Below are positions 35,860 to 49,300 of a stretch of DNA of 64,000 bases, in pieces (positions within the stretch are counted from its first letter, which is position 1; each line of letters begins with the position of its first letter). The notes under the pieces were generated by a model. The model was not told the origin of the DNA, made no database searches, and saw only the letters and a list, made by a program, of their open reading frames with translations. The position numbers and the translations under genes are program-made. Source of the DNA: Haplodiscus bocki (lineage: Eukaryota); the NCBI GenBank assembly GCA_965655095.1, contig OZ296648.1, positions 103,168,001-103,232,000 on the forward strand, in the 5' to 3' direction.

Positions 35860-38560
35860 AAATGCAATCGCTTGTTTTCATCGTAGGAGATATGAATATT
35901 GACTTGCTTAAAGAAAACTCTTTAACTAGCATTTGTTATTGTGCGTGATTTTCTTAAGAATATGAAAGCAAAATCTTCCTCTCACATAGGTCCATTTTTT
36001 ACCCGATGTTTGCCAATTGAGCTCGCGTGAACGAGCCAACATATATTGTTCACGTGTCTGAAATTTTTTTCATCAAATTGTAGCAAATTTGCCGTAGAAC
36101 GCGACTGATAGTAAGATTTCTCAAAACGTTCAAAATTTGGGTTTTTTAAAAAAAAATAGATGGGTTTTTCGAAAGAAAATTTTGAATTTTTCAAAAATCG
36201 CTAAAGGTAGCAAATTTGCTGCAGAATGCGACGTAAATAGTAAGATTTCTCAAAACATTCAAAATTTTGGGTTTTTTGTTCAATCGCTAAAGGCAGCAAA
36301 TTTGCTTTGGAATGCGTATCGAATGTCCTTATTTAAAAATTTCTTTTCCGCCCTAATTATGAGGTTTTTCGACAAAAAAAATCAGGACATTTGAACGTTG
36401 GAAAAAACGTTCGAGGAAAAAACGTTCTTATCTTTTAAAATTGCATCTTCACCAAATTGGGAAGGCACAAAACTGAACCGACTGGAGCAACCAAAGATAG
36501 TGAAACCCTCCTGGACCATGTACTTCACAACAATGTCTATGCTAATCTGCAAGTTAATGTGAACGAAACTGATTTGACGGACCATTTTGCGACTGAAATA
36601 ATATTACCATTTAAAACACTTCGTACCGTTCGTGCAACGTTGATTGCAAAAAATATACATTTTCAAAAGACCAAATGGTTAACCAGTTTCGAAAACTCTT
36701 TCAACTAGTTGGAATGATCTTGATTTCTCGCAGGACTTGAATAGAATATTTTGCACCCTCATGGAAACTTTTCCTAACACAGTCGAGTTCTTTTCAGCAA
36801 CCAAAGAAGTTAAAAAACGTACTGGGGCAAATTCTTGGATAAACAATAGTATGACAATGCTGTTGTGAAGAAATTCAAAAAATACAATGCGTATCCAAAA
36901 GTTCCAACATTAAAAAATGAAGAATTTCATGAAAAATCAAGGAGGGAAGTGGAAAAGCTGATTCGAAACAGTAAAAAACAGCATTACAGTCAAAAATTGG
37001 GAAAGGTTGTGAAAAATCCGCGTCCATGTTATAGAGAATTGCATAAATTAACGGGAAGGGCGAAAAAATAAACAACGACCTTTTGAAAATTGGAGGTAAA
37101 GATGTGACAGAACCCACAGATGTTGCAAATTTATTCAACCATGCTTTTGTATCGATAGGTAAAAATATTGTGGAAAAAATCCCTTCTTCGATGAGAGATT
37201 TTTCTTAAAGTTGAATGGAATGATATGTTTATCCCCCCCCCCAATTACACGGGAGTTTTGAAAGCTTTGTTTAATCTGAAGTTGGGAAAGTCGGATGGGT
37301 ATGATGGAAATTCAACGGCAATTTTACGCTGTTGTTACGATGTTGTATATCGCTGAGTTGATAGAAGATATTCGCTTCGATAATAACTCAATGTGTACAT
37401 CTATCTTATTTGACCTGAGGAAAGCATTTGATACAATTGATCATTCAATTTCACATGGAAAGGTAGAAATGTATTGTGTGCGGGGAGTTGGTCTGGACTG
37501 GTTCATCTCGTATTTGAATAACAGAAAGCAGTTCGTAAAGGTACAAGGTGCTGAAAGTAATTCGTTAACAATATTTTGTGGCGTTCTTCAGGGTTCTATA
37601 ATTGGGCCGCTTCTCTTTATTATACACATTAACGATATACCAAGCTCTTGTGAAGGCAATATACCCGAATTGTTCGCAGATGCTACAAACGCCTTATATA
37701 GATTACCAAGAAAGCAAAACAAGAGCAATCTAGACTCGCTTTTCTTCGAGCTCGTTGAGCGGATGTCGCAAGGCAAACTTTTCTTGAATATGATGAAAAC
37801 ACATTTGCTGCATTTCTCTGGATGCACCGCTAGCGATTTATTAATATGCAACCAAACTATTAAAAGTTGACATCATGTCAGTTGTTTAGGTATCATCGTT
37901 GATAAGCGACTCAATTTTCAGGACCATGTGAGTTTATAATAAAGGAAAACTGTGCAAACATATTTTTGTTTTGAAGAGGCTAAAACCAATTGTTTGAAAA
38001 AACGTTCTCATATTAATACACTTATGTTATTCCATCTTTTTCTTACGGGTTTAATGGATGTACGTCAAAAGGAAAGCTTGAACTAAGTTTTAAAATGCAG
38101 GAAATTCTGCAAATTAACTATGGCAAAAAGCCTGATTATCCTTCGCATGAACTTTTCGAGGAAATTCAATTTATGAACTCTATTGTTTTGATCTGATCAA
38201 ATTCAAATTGGAAGCAATGAGGCAAGAAACTCCTTCTTCCTACTTAAACAAGTTGTATCGTACGATGGAAGCAGCTCTCCACTCTAGGAGCTCACAAAGG
38301 GGCCTTCAAGTTACGCTAAACTGTGAAAAAAAATACCAGAAGACGTCTCTTAGGCTAAAAGGCACCAAGCTAAGGAATGTCTCACTGAAACGGGATTTGA
38401 TCACTCCAAATGTTCCTCAGCTCGATCAGAGTTGCTTCACCACAAAACTTATTGGGAAACTTAAGTTCGTTGTTTTAAATAAAGGGTTATGAGGTCTGAT
38501 TTTTCAAAGCTACAGGGCTTTTGCCTATAGGAGCATCCCTCTGATGCTGTATTTCTTATT
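35860..38560 (+). mobile_element. Decayed CR1/L2-group LINE ORF2, interrupted by an insertion
   Basis: Motifs IVGDMNIDLL, TLLDHV, LTDHFA, DLRKAFDTIDH, GVLQGSIIGPLLFIIHINDI and LFADAT, with many stops and frameshifts. Confidence 0.85.
35981..36465 (+). repeat. Non-coding interspersed repeat with internal tandem units, inserted in the LINE endonuclease
   Basis: Three units starting GTAGCAAATTTGC.GTAGAATGCG, located between the EN motifs GDMN and PT..T..LLD. Confidence 0.7.
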
Positions 38561-39617
38561 TGTTACAACTGTAACTGTTTATTTGTACGCGTCAGAAAAC
38601 ACTTTCTTTCTTTTTAGTGGTTTTCATTTCGTCCTACCTGCAGTTTCATCAAGTAGTTCTTCAATTTTGAGATAAATGTCTTACTGCTCATGCTGTGACG
38701 AGACCGCTCTTGCAATTGTGAATTAGAAGAAAAACTGGAACTTCATACTAGCAAACGAAATTTCTTTAAATGCGAGCACAAAAAAAGTATGAATTTCAGA
38801 GCAATCATATACGCTGCAGTCCGTTCAAAACGGTCAACAAGGGACCTCTAGAAGCTATCCTTATAAACAAGTATTTTATAGATGTTTCCTGTCACCACAA
38901 ATGAGAACTTGAAAAAACTCATTTTTATTTTGGACAATCTTCAGCATTTACTACACCGTTTTCGCGGAATTATTGTCTTCTCTCTAAGGAAAATAGATGC
39001 CTCCGTATGTGTCTCCGCCGGCATTGTTTTCACCTCATCATCGATTTCACTAGCTTTCACTCTTCTGTTGAGTGATAGAAACCTACCACGAGCTCCGCTA
39101 ATATAACATTGGACAACAGGTGATCCGATCCCGGACCACGGAAAACCCTCACCTTCCCGGACCGTCTGCATTTTTGGTGTCGAACATTCTGCGTTAGGCT
39201 CCAGAAAGGAGTGGGAATTGACCTCATGGATTATTGACATATAACTCTTCGGCGTAGTGTAATACTCTTGAATATTATTATAGATTCAATTAATTGGTGC
39301 TAATTATGAGATAAAACTAATTAATCGAAAACTCGACACCCTAAGTTGGAGCTACTAATATTATTTGATTTACAAAAGAGACCCAACCCTGCACGTGAAT
39401 TGTACTATACAGAACGAAAAAAAACCATATAAATTGGAAGCAACACCCAAAAATATCCACAGGAGCTGTTTTTTGATCTGAAAAGTATAGTGGATTTGTA
39501 TAATTTATTGAGACAATACTGACCGCATGACAAAAAAATTTCGACATAATGGATTGAAGATGAGATGGATTGAAACACAGAACATTTTCGACTAATAAAA
39601 TTGACTCTACAATTCAA

Positions 39618-42600
39618 TGTAACATGGAAAATTCTCCTCCTCCGGCCCCGATCTAAAACAAGTGGTATCTCACATTAATAAGCAAGACGGAAACCCTAAG
39701 ATTTTACATGATGACAGGAAGGAAGTGAGGACAACCATCAAACCAGTGGCAGCTCTAAACCCTCAAACATCCGTTACTATCAACCCGTTCAGCGGAAAAT
39801 CTGATAAAAACTGGCCAGATTTTTAAAGCCTACTAGAAGTCTCATCAATGTTGGAAATATTGCAGCACCAGACCAACCAAAATTCCTACAACTGGGTTTA
39901 CTTGATCAAGTACTGCAATATTTCAGAACTTTACCACAAGTAACTAGATATAACTTCCAATTATCCTTTACAGCTCTCAGAAACCATTACTCTAACCCAA
40001 ATCTAAGAAAAATTGCACAAACTACAACTTGAAAACCTGAAATCAGATCTTAAAACTGGTAATCCGGAAGTGTTTTTGGTACAAGTGCCGATGAAGGCAA
40101 CACAAGCTTACCCTGGCGCAGTGTTTGCTCCAATTCCACAAGTGAATCCACCAAACGATCTCGCTGAAAAAGATAGAGTTGCAGCAGGTCAGGCAGCTAA
40201 CCAAGTGATTCTTGATGTTGCTGACAATCAAAAACAGGAGGGTCAAAATTTTCACAAACGCAATGCCAAACTTTATCAAAAGCAAACTAGGAGACCAAAA
40301 TGAAGCAGCCACAGCACAAGACCTATGTACATTGGCTAGACGATGAATGACCTTCTTCGAACTGTTTAGTGACGACTGGTCGAGAGACGCATTGAATGAG
40401 GTAAGTTCGTCCTTATCAGAAAATTTGATCCGAGCACTTACGAATTTTACACAACAGCAAGACGAATCGAAAGAACAACAGACGAACCGTTCGGACAGAT
40501 TCAACACACTGATCGTCAATCAGCCATCCCACCAGATTTATGAGACAAATTACCAACCACAGTATTTTGGAGGATGTAATAGATTAAACAACCCACGAGG
40601 ATTTTGAGGACGCGGAAACTTGAACTATAGAGGACGAGGTAGATTCAACAATCACAGAGGCTTTTATGGCAAACTTCTACAAATTTAACTACCCACAAAA
40701 GCATTCTTCGAATGAGCTATTTATTGCACCAAACGATAACTCCAAACAGATTTTTACATCTTTGTATACGCAAATCACTACGCCAGAGACTTCAACCAGA
40801 GAAAAGCAGCTAACAGAAATCAACAAATCCTTAGCGAACAGCATCGTTTAGCGACTGGAGCCACGCCAGTATAAAGGTATGAAGACGCAAGACAAAGCAG
40901 CGAAGCCTCATCAAATCGCCATGACTGCATGTATTTCACTTGAAGGAGATCTACGTCCAGTTAAATTTTTTCCCCTGCTGAACAGAGAGAAGCGCTAATA
41001 GACAGTGATCCTTCTGCAAAAATAGTTAGTGACAAGGAGTACCGAAAATTTCAATTATTTAGAACTCAAATTCGTCTATCATCAGTAAAGTGGAACTAGC
41101 TTCAAGGAAACTTGTAATCTATGCGTCGTCAAAACGATTTATCTCTTTCGATAGCAAAACAATTCTTCAAAAAAACTTTGTTGCTCTAGCAAGCACAAAC
41201 AGCATTTTACTTCAAATACCTTTTTCAAAAATAATTTTTTTGAATAGTACTCGAAGAAAACCTCATGAAACTACCTGATTTAACACTCCGGCTCAATGGA
41301 GTACAACCGAACCCGACAGAAATACAGGCGAATTCGCAGTATGCTGTTGGAACAATGGAAAAATTGACCATCGCACCAAATCAACAATTAACTCTAAATT
41401 GTATTTTACTCTCAAAAAGTACTAAAGTATTTACTGATGTGTGTGGAATAGTAAAGAGTGGGTTCTGAAGGCAAAATAGGTTTGTTTATGGCATCGTCTT
41501 TATGAAGAAGAGACTCCAATAAAAAATTGCTCCTTTCTGCATTGAACTAAGTTACATCAGGTATCTCACGTAGTGCACGTTTCAAATTCCTGTCTCGACA
41601 ACAAGCTGAAACTTTAACTGCGATAGACGCACACTTACTATTTTTGGCGAAAATCAGACACCCAGATGACTTCGTCCAAGTAATAATCCAACTTATGGTA
41701 GATGACGATTTCGATTCATATTCGCAACCTGGACTTAAACCAGACTTCAAAAACTTTTGGATTCATACAGATTTGTCCAAACTCCTTGACCTGGACTAGA
41801 TAGACCCACAAACTGACGAAACCTATCCTGATAATTCCTGAAAACATTGAAATGGAAAGATTCAGATTTTGAAAAAGGTGAAAAAAAGGTCTAACTATTC
41901 GTTGAATTTTCTGACATCTTTGCGAAACAAGATTGGATGTTGGTTAAAATTCTGATATTACAGCGAAACTGACACCAGACCATGACCAACCGGTCTATAA
42001 GCAAAGCCCTCCAACAATACTTCACCTACGCGAGGAATTACCAGTTGAACATGCTCTGTTGCAGTACTTCGGTATAATTACAATCCCTAACCATTCAAAA
42101 TATAGTAGTCCAAGTTTTGCCCACCGGATTGGAACCAACTGAGAACTTCGAATTTCAATTGACTTGAGAAGAATAAACCATCTACTTCTACACGACTATC
42201 ATTATAACAACTTCCCAATTTCAATGATGACAGATACAGAATCTCATTTTGCTGGGAAATCACTTTTCCCTAAACTTAATCGTTATCAAGCATATCATTT
42301 TGTTCGAATGGCAGATCCACTTTCAGTCGGGTTTCTTTCGTTCAGTTTTGCTTCCAGAACGACGGCCTATCAAAGACTTGCTGGAGGAGTAAACAGAGCG
42401 GTAACAGGATCCAGTGCATTTGTATGGATCTTGTCTCTATTCCGAATGAAACACTTGAACTCAAACTTAAAGACCGCATCCCTTTTCGACAGATCGGAAT
42501 AGATTTAGTGCAAACTTATCTGACAAGACAATGACTGAACTCTTTGCAGATGACTCACCAGATGAACTACTACAAGTAGTGGTTGCCATCAACACTCTAA

Positions 42601-44928
42601 TCATACTGAAACAAGCTGTAAGCTTCGAACAAACTTCGCAGAGATTGAAAACAAATACCCGAAACTGCACCGGCATGCAACTTCTCAAATACACCACTCA
42701 GAAAGATGCAACTACCAAACCCAACGGGTGCTCACCCAAAACTTGACACAAAAATCACGAAATTGCGGGTTGAACTGCCAAATATTACTACAGTAAGAAA
42801 GGTAGAAAAGTGGATGGCTGATGGCAACGAGCAAAACAACATTATATTTTCCCCAGAAGATGAACAGGAGTACTTCAAACAAATACCACGATTGCTACTC
42901 CACAATGGGATAGCGAAACGAAAATAGTACAACCTTGACGTTACCATTCTTCACCAACTCTGTGTTCCTAGGCACATGCTGAAAGAAGTTTTGTATCAAA
43001 TTAAAACTCACCAACAGGTGGACACTTGGGAATAACCCGAACATTTCCGGATTACGCTTCTACTGCCCTAACTAAATGGAACAGATTGCAGACTATCAGC
43101 AACTTCTATCCATGTCTTCAATTGAAACAACTAAAACCATGACTGAAATCGTCACTACAGAAGTTCTCAACAACTGCTTCTGAGGAGATTCTGTACAACT
43201 TGATAATATGGAACCATACCCTACAACACCCCACAAATCAGTCTTGACAGCGATGGATGCTTCTCTGGAACACCCAGAAAGAATAGTAGTTAAAAGCTCG
43301 CCTACAGTCTTAGCTGGTTCCCGAAATTAAACAGCAACCAACCATTCACAACTTGGCATTAACATGTACCCCTGGCTACCTTTTCACAACAAGTATCGTA
43401 CATCCATTAAATGCTCACAAGGAGTCCTATGTCTTGGCAGGGAACTGACGAAAACCCTCGACTTGGGATTTTATAGTACTTGCACGCAAAAAGCGGAATT
43501 CAATTGTTTTTTTTCGGATTACTTAGAAGTGAAACGTTAAAAAGTTTTCAAATCCAGAAGAGTCTTGAAGAATCATTCCCCAGATACCGGAGATAATATG
43601 ACCAAAGAGCAAGGGAAAACCCGTTCAAAGCACATCATACTGCGTACCATTGATTCCAAAACTCACCTAACAATCTGCGTTCAGTCCAAAGCTGATCCAG
43701 AAATGGTTACACTGTGTCGAATTTAGACAGGAGTTACCCACTCGAACTGCTCGGTTCACAAAGTGGGTACAAACTTACCCAAATAGCTCATTGAAATGGA
43801 ATCAGAATGCGACCGATAGTTCCACAATACACAGTCCAGGCATTCTGACAATAACCATGAGAATTTCCAGACGGATCCACTGTTAGGAGTAACAGAGGAG
43901 AACATAACAGCTTTGAAGGTCTCGCTGCATTACTCGAAAATGAAAGACTAGTATCAACAACTCCCACTACAAACATCGACAGCCCAGATAGAGTTTCCAT
44001 CTGCTTTGAACAACCGTTCAAGGAACAGCCGCCCCTGTGGTAGCATCGCCACCACTTCCAACTCCAGCAGTGGTAGTACCACGCAGTGCACCAGACGCAG
44101 GACCAACAGCAACTCACAGGCGACAAATAACTCCCCCAGAACAAATAACAGCACCGATCCCAGAATTTTCTGAAGAATCGGACGAGTGTGTAGGACCAAT
44201 TCAACCCTGAGGCGCTCCGATGGAGTGAAGGAACCAAACCGAAAAAGAGCCCAAGAGTGCAGACTGTTAGAAGTAACAGCAAGACATTTTCGGAAAATAC
44301 AACACCCCCCCCCCCCAGGTGCACACCTCACGGAAAAACGAAAGATGCACGCCACTTTGTTGACCTCAAAAACTAATCGCAGAGAACGCCAACAGCTGCA
44401 TTATTTATAATGAGCAGGAGCAAAAAGTGGCTTGGCCACGAGGAAACCTACGTCGCCCTCTGATATCAAAGATCCAATTAGATACCACAAACGTCACAAT
44501 CGTCAAACAAAACGTCTTGTGCAAATCCTCCTGTATGGGACACTGCGTTTCATCAGACTTCCATATGAGAGCAGGAATAGCAGCGAAATCTGACCTGCTT
44601 TACCCACAAAAAAGCAGCAAAGAAGCTCATTCTCTGATCTGTTTTTGTACAGACAAGTTTTCAAGAGGTTGGATCTACAATATAGTGACGAAATATGTAT
44701 TTTTCGACAAACAAACGACGAAATTTACATTCTTCCACAAACCGTTCTACGCATAAGTAAGAAATAGCCTGAAATTTGCGCGAAACAATGCAAAAAAGAA
44801 TGGTGTCAAACGTTTTCATCTCCCAAATTTTAGATGTGTACAATCTCAAATGGCAGTCAGTACATCATCTTTTATCCGAAGTTTTCCACAAATCGACAGT
44901 CGCCGTGAATGTGTGCTTGCGATCCTGA
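39618..44928 (+). mobile_element. Decayed Gypsy (Metaviridae) LTR retrotransposon: gag, RT, integrase relics and extra 3' ORF
   Basis: PBS-like TGGTATC at 39663. Gag PFSGK..NWPDF and LRNHYSNP. RT FSDIFAK, KYSSP, IDLRRINHLL and QAYH. Integrase zinc-binding SPTGGHLGITRT (about 43007-43045). No 3' LTR identified. Confidence 0.85.
44475..44928 (+). pseudogene. TARG1/OARD1 (Poa1p-like) macrodomain, decayed
   Basis: GHCVSSDFHMRAGIAAK, WIYNIVTK, HKPFY, SLKFARNNAKKNGVKRFHLP and LKWQSVHHLLSEVFHKSTVAVNV. These follow the order of OARD1 AHCISEDCRMGAGIA, YIYYLITK, HKPTY, SL..M..H..KNGV..LSMP and LQW..V...IEEVF....I.ITVY. One stop and one frameshift. Confidence 0.85.
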
Positions 44929-45602
44929 AATTTCGTCTACAACCAGGAAAAGGAACAATTTAAAAAACCCCGAACAGCTGAATAATTTAAATTCAGGTCA
45001 CTTACTGGCCTCACAGTACGCTCATTGTTGTCAAATTTTCAAGTAAAATTTGGCTCCCCTGGACAAAGAGAAACCCCGGAAAACACATCGAATAAAAAAA
45101 CTGCCTAGAATCTTGAAAGGCAGGTTTTTAGTTGAGTACCTTATTAGAGCGAAGACAATTGAGAGCCTAAGGCAAAAAAATGACCCCTCTTGACATCCGG
45201 TTGGCCTCAATTGCAGACTTCGGCCAGCATTTTACAAGACATACGAGGGGCTTTTTGTACCTTTCCGGATACGACACTCGATGCCTTTTACAATAGGGTC
45301 CATGATTTGATCGATGAATTGTAAAAATGCGTTAATTGGACATGATATCTTCGGTATGATTTTTTTTAGTGCTGACTGAAAGTGGAATTGCGGACTTAGG
45401 CTGTCAGAATTCAAATATAACTCGACATTGTACCTCCTCAGACACTATACAAACCACCCAGTCCAATAGGATATATGCCTACACCAATTGTCGACCAATA
45501 TTTCCCTCCATTCCGAAAAAAAATTTCAACAGAAAGGAAGAAACTTACCTATTTTGTAGATGAGCTTTGTTTTCGGGCAGCGAATCATTTTTCTTTGGTG
45601 AC

Positions 45603-46363
45603 TCATCCTCTCTCCTCTCTATGGCCTTCGCTCACACAGTCCTTCCGAGTTGTCGTCACATTCCATAATCTTATTTCTGAGAAAACTGCCGCTGGTGAAT
45701 TCCGAATATTATGATGCATCAATGCATTCCAGCCATCATGACCATCAACAGATATTACCATTAGAGCATTACGAGCAGGGAACGAAACAGAATCACCCCG
45801 ATTTTGGATGAAATGAAGTGAATCCGTGGAGCTTTTGTTGATAAGACCTTCAACAAATTGGCAGCATCCTTCACACCAACTAAGTAAGGAGCCACTTGTG
45901 ATCCCTTTCATGCTAACACCCTTAACTTGCCGCCATGGAGTAGGGATGTACATTGTAGGGGGTGGTGGAGTAGGGACTGGTGGATCATCATCCTTGTGCC
46001 TCCCAGTTAAACAGTTTCCAGTAGCCACCAGATGAACAGGTTCATGTGCCTGATTGGCAGGTACTGAAGCGCTGTTAAACCAAGAAACATAGTCGACGTT
46101 GGGAATATCGGGCATAAGAGCAGTCAGCACAGTTGTATGAGAAAAGAAGGTACTTTGTTTCTCTCCGCCCCAGTTTTTGAATGTTTGCTAAGTCACATTT
46201 TCATCAGTAAAATTTTCAGCAATTTCTTGCTACTGTATTCATTTGAAGGAACACCTAACTCAGCATAGGGTGTGAGGAACTGTCTAGCTTCAGTGACAGA
46301 TATTTGTTTTAAGAATTTACCAGTCTTTCGGCAAAGTCCCAGAAGCAACTCAGATTTTTCCAT
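45603..46363 (-). pseudogene. Decayed JmjC/cupin-like 2OG-Fe(II) oxygenase ORF
   Basis: LTGRHKD (T..HxD), then SLLHGGKLRVL (G.K.W strand, in a shifted frame), then FIQNRGDSVSFP...MVISV (Q.PGD.V..P...H.V). The distal His is not retained. Confidence 0.6.
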
Positions 46364-49300
46364 AGCAATTTCTGAAAATTAAACAATTTCTACAGTTAGG
46401 CGCTAGAGTTATATGCCACTGAGTACATGAAAGTCCAGAAAGATGAGACTTTTCAAACTAACTTCTAATATCCTGTTCAACAGTAGACCCAACTACTTCA
46501 GTAAACAACGCATTTAGACTAATAACTACACGCCGAAGTTTGCGACATCACTCTGCGTTAATTCGGCACTTTCTCCGCACAATTGGGATGGCTGCGGCAA
46601 TACTTGACAAAACTATGGGAAAAACCTTAATGTCGAAGTTCTCGTCTGGCAATTCGGGAGAAGCCGGAACAGTCTGGCACTGATCAGCGCGACCTGGCAA
46701 AGAAACTGATTGCATTTGATCTTTCGTATACCGTTGTACCAGCAGGGCAACATTCTATCTGGAAGTCATTGTTCATGAGGACAGGACTACAAGTCATGAT
46801 CTAAAAACCGCGTGACAACCTTGAACTATGCTCCTTAGTAACATTTTCGGTACTATCAATAATGAATTACTTTTTAGGAGACGGAAACGTAACCGGTAAA
46901 TGGAAATAAAAGGACATCATTATTAGTTCCGGTAATAAACTGTTATTTTAAAAAGGATATTGAAAAGTTCCGCTCAATTAAGATCCCACGACGCTAGATT
47001 ATTATTTTCCGCCCTATTTATGAAGTTCCAATGGAAAGTCTTCCTCTGAAATGGAACCTTTTGCGTTTCGACTTGCAAGTAGTGCCATCAATCTTCAGGG
47101 TAAAACATCCAAAATAGTCCGGTCTCGGCGTTAAAATCAAATTATCCGTCTGGTGATAGGTTTCACGAAATTGCTTAATTTCAGTGTTTATCCAATCTCC
47201 GACAACTGCCATAGCAACCGTATTAGGTTCTCCAGAAAGCACTGCTGGTAAGCCCGGGTCTTGTTTTCCATCGCATGAACCATCCGCGAGTACCGATTCA
47301 ATATTCGTGTACAAAGTCAGTCGCAAATGCCTCGGCTATTTCGGAAAAGTCCGCTGATAGGAACATCGTTAGCACGTTTTTCTTGAAATCATATTATGTA
47401 CAGTGCTTAATCGACGTCCTCAAAACTCGATTTTGTTTGCTTTTTGAAGTTGGATTGAATAGCCAATCAATCAGCGGGATCTTTCCTCAGGAATTGGTGT
47501 CAGTTATGTCTCTTTGTTGCTGGAAGGTAAGGTTTTCATAGGTAAATAAGCCTTGTCTGGTTCTTTTGTCCAAAGCGTTTAGTATTCCTCATCGCTAGTG
47601 TCTGGGTTGAGCGCTGTCTTTGTTATTTTGGCTGAGTTCTGGATTGAAACAATTGTTCGAATCCTTGTTATGGTTTTTTGCCTCCGGGGCGTTTCTGTTG
47701 CATTCGACTTCACTTTGAGGCTGTTGGGTATTCGCTTCATTTCCTCGACAATCGCCGATGCTGGGGTCGGACCAGTCAACGACACTGTGATGCTGTTGCA
47801 GATCGATATTTCAATTAGATGCAGCAGAATCTTCGAGGGTTTGACGTCGAAGTGCCAACACTCGAATCAGCTCAGTTCTTCTTCGGTTTCCTATGCGAGT
47901 GCATTTCCCTTCCTCACGACCCCTGTTACAAATATCAACGGTGTGAACTTCGACCGGCATCATTTGGGATTTTTCAACTATAGTGTCCCAAGTTTTTCTC
48001 ACAGCTTTCGGGCCCAAGTCAAGCGTCTTTCCGGAGATGTGTTTCTACTTTTTTCATGGCACTTATTTCTTGCCCTCTACATTCGGAAAGAGAATATCTG
48101 GTTTAAAATTTTGCTTCTTTTTCAAATCGGTTTTTTGATTGGCCAATTTGATTTTTCATTTTTTTGGAAGTATACAAAGTTGATGAATTGGTAACCAGTT
48201 TGTGTTCCGGCAGTATGCTCATTCTGACCTTTCCGGAAAAATTCAAAATTGCGCGAGAATAATTGAGAAAATAGCTAACGGCGAACTTTTTGACGACAGT
48301 TGATCAAAGAATGATGTGCGAAATGTAATTCCATTGGGTCACCCCGTTAAAAATACAACTGTTCGGGGTGAGGCTGGAGCTGAGGTACGATTTGTAGAAT
48401 CAGTACCAAAAGCCTCAAAATTTTATACGTCTGACACTTAAATTAGGTTTTTGTTTCAGACGGGCTATTATTAAATGGCGGAATGAATTCCTAGAAACAA
48501 GCATCGTAGTGTTTTGGTTTTAGAGAAAGAATGTTTGTTTAGTTTGTTCTTGGGTTTTTACACATGTTGAAATGAAGTTTCGGTTTGTGTATACAGATTG
48601 GTTCCGAAAAATTTTATCGTTCAAAAATTGCTGTTTTGTGTCGTTATCAGATAGATCATAGTCGAAACGTAAGCGGTCGAAAAGGACCATTGTTGGGCAC
48701 TTGACAGGTACTTATCTACGAGTTTTATTTTGAAATTCGTGTACATTAGGCTGTAAAAATGCCTGACCTTAAAAGCATAATTGACATATCAGATTTTTCA
48801 GTATGAGTTCGTGTGGCATGTACTTGTATAACTTTTGAATATGAAGGAAACTTTTTCTTGAATTTGTTGAGCATATTTCACTTTTTTATCGTGTGTAGAG
48901 CATATTTTTTGAGTCAAATAAGGCAATATGAGTCAAATAAGTTGGGGGTGGATACTTAAGTTGGTCAAAATTGGGTGGTGTTAACTTTAGTTGGTCAAAA
49001 CTGGGGGGTTTAAAGTTAACAAGGCCTATGTGGGGGGTTTAATCTTAACAAGATCCTTGTCTTGTAATTCTATCGATAGCGTCTCCGATTGTTGTGGTAT
49101 CAAATGACTTTCTGGTTTTTTCCCGATTTTTCCTTCTTTGAAATATCCGCTTACAAGACCTCATCCAGAACTTTGTGTGGATTTTTTAGGAATTAGTGAA
49201 TGTACTCCAATCGCTACCTGTACTTTTTCTTTCAAACTTCGTTGCTTTTGTTAATGGTGAAAATTGACTTTATAAACTAAACAATGTTCAGTGTTTTGAG

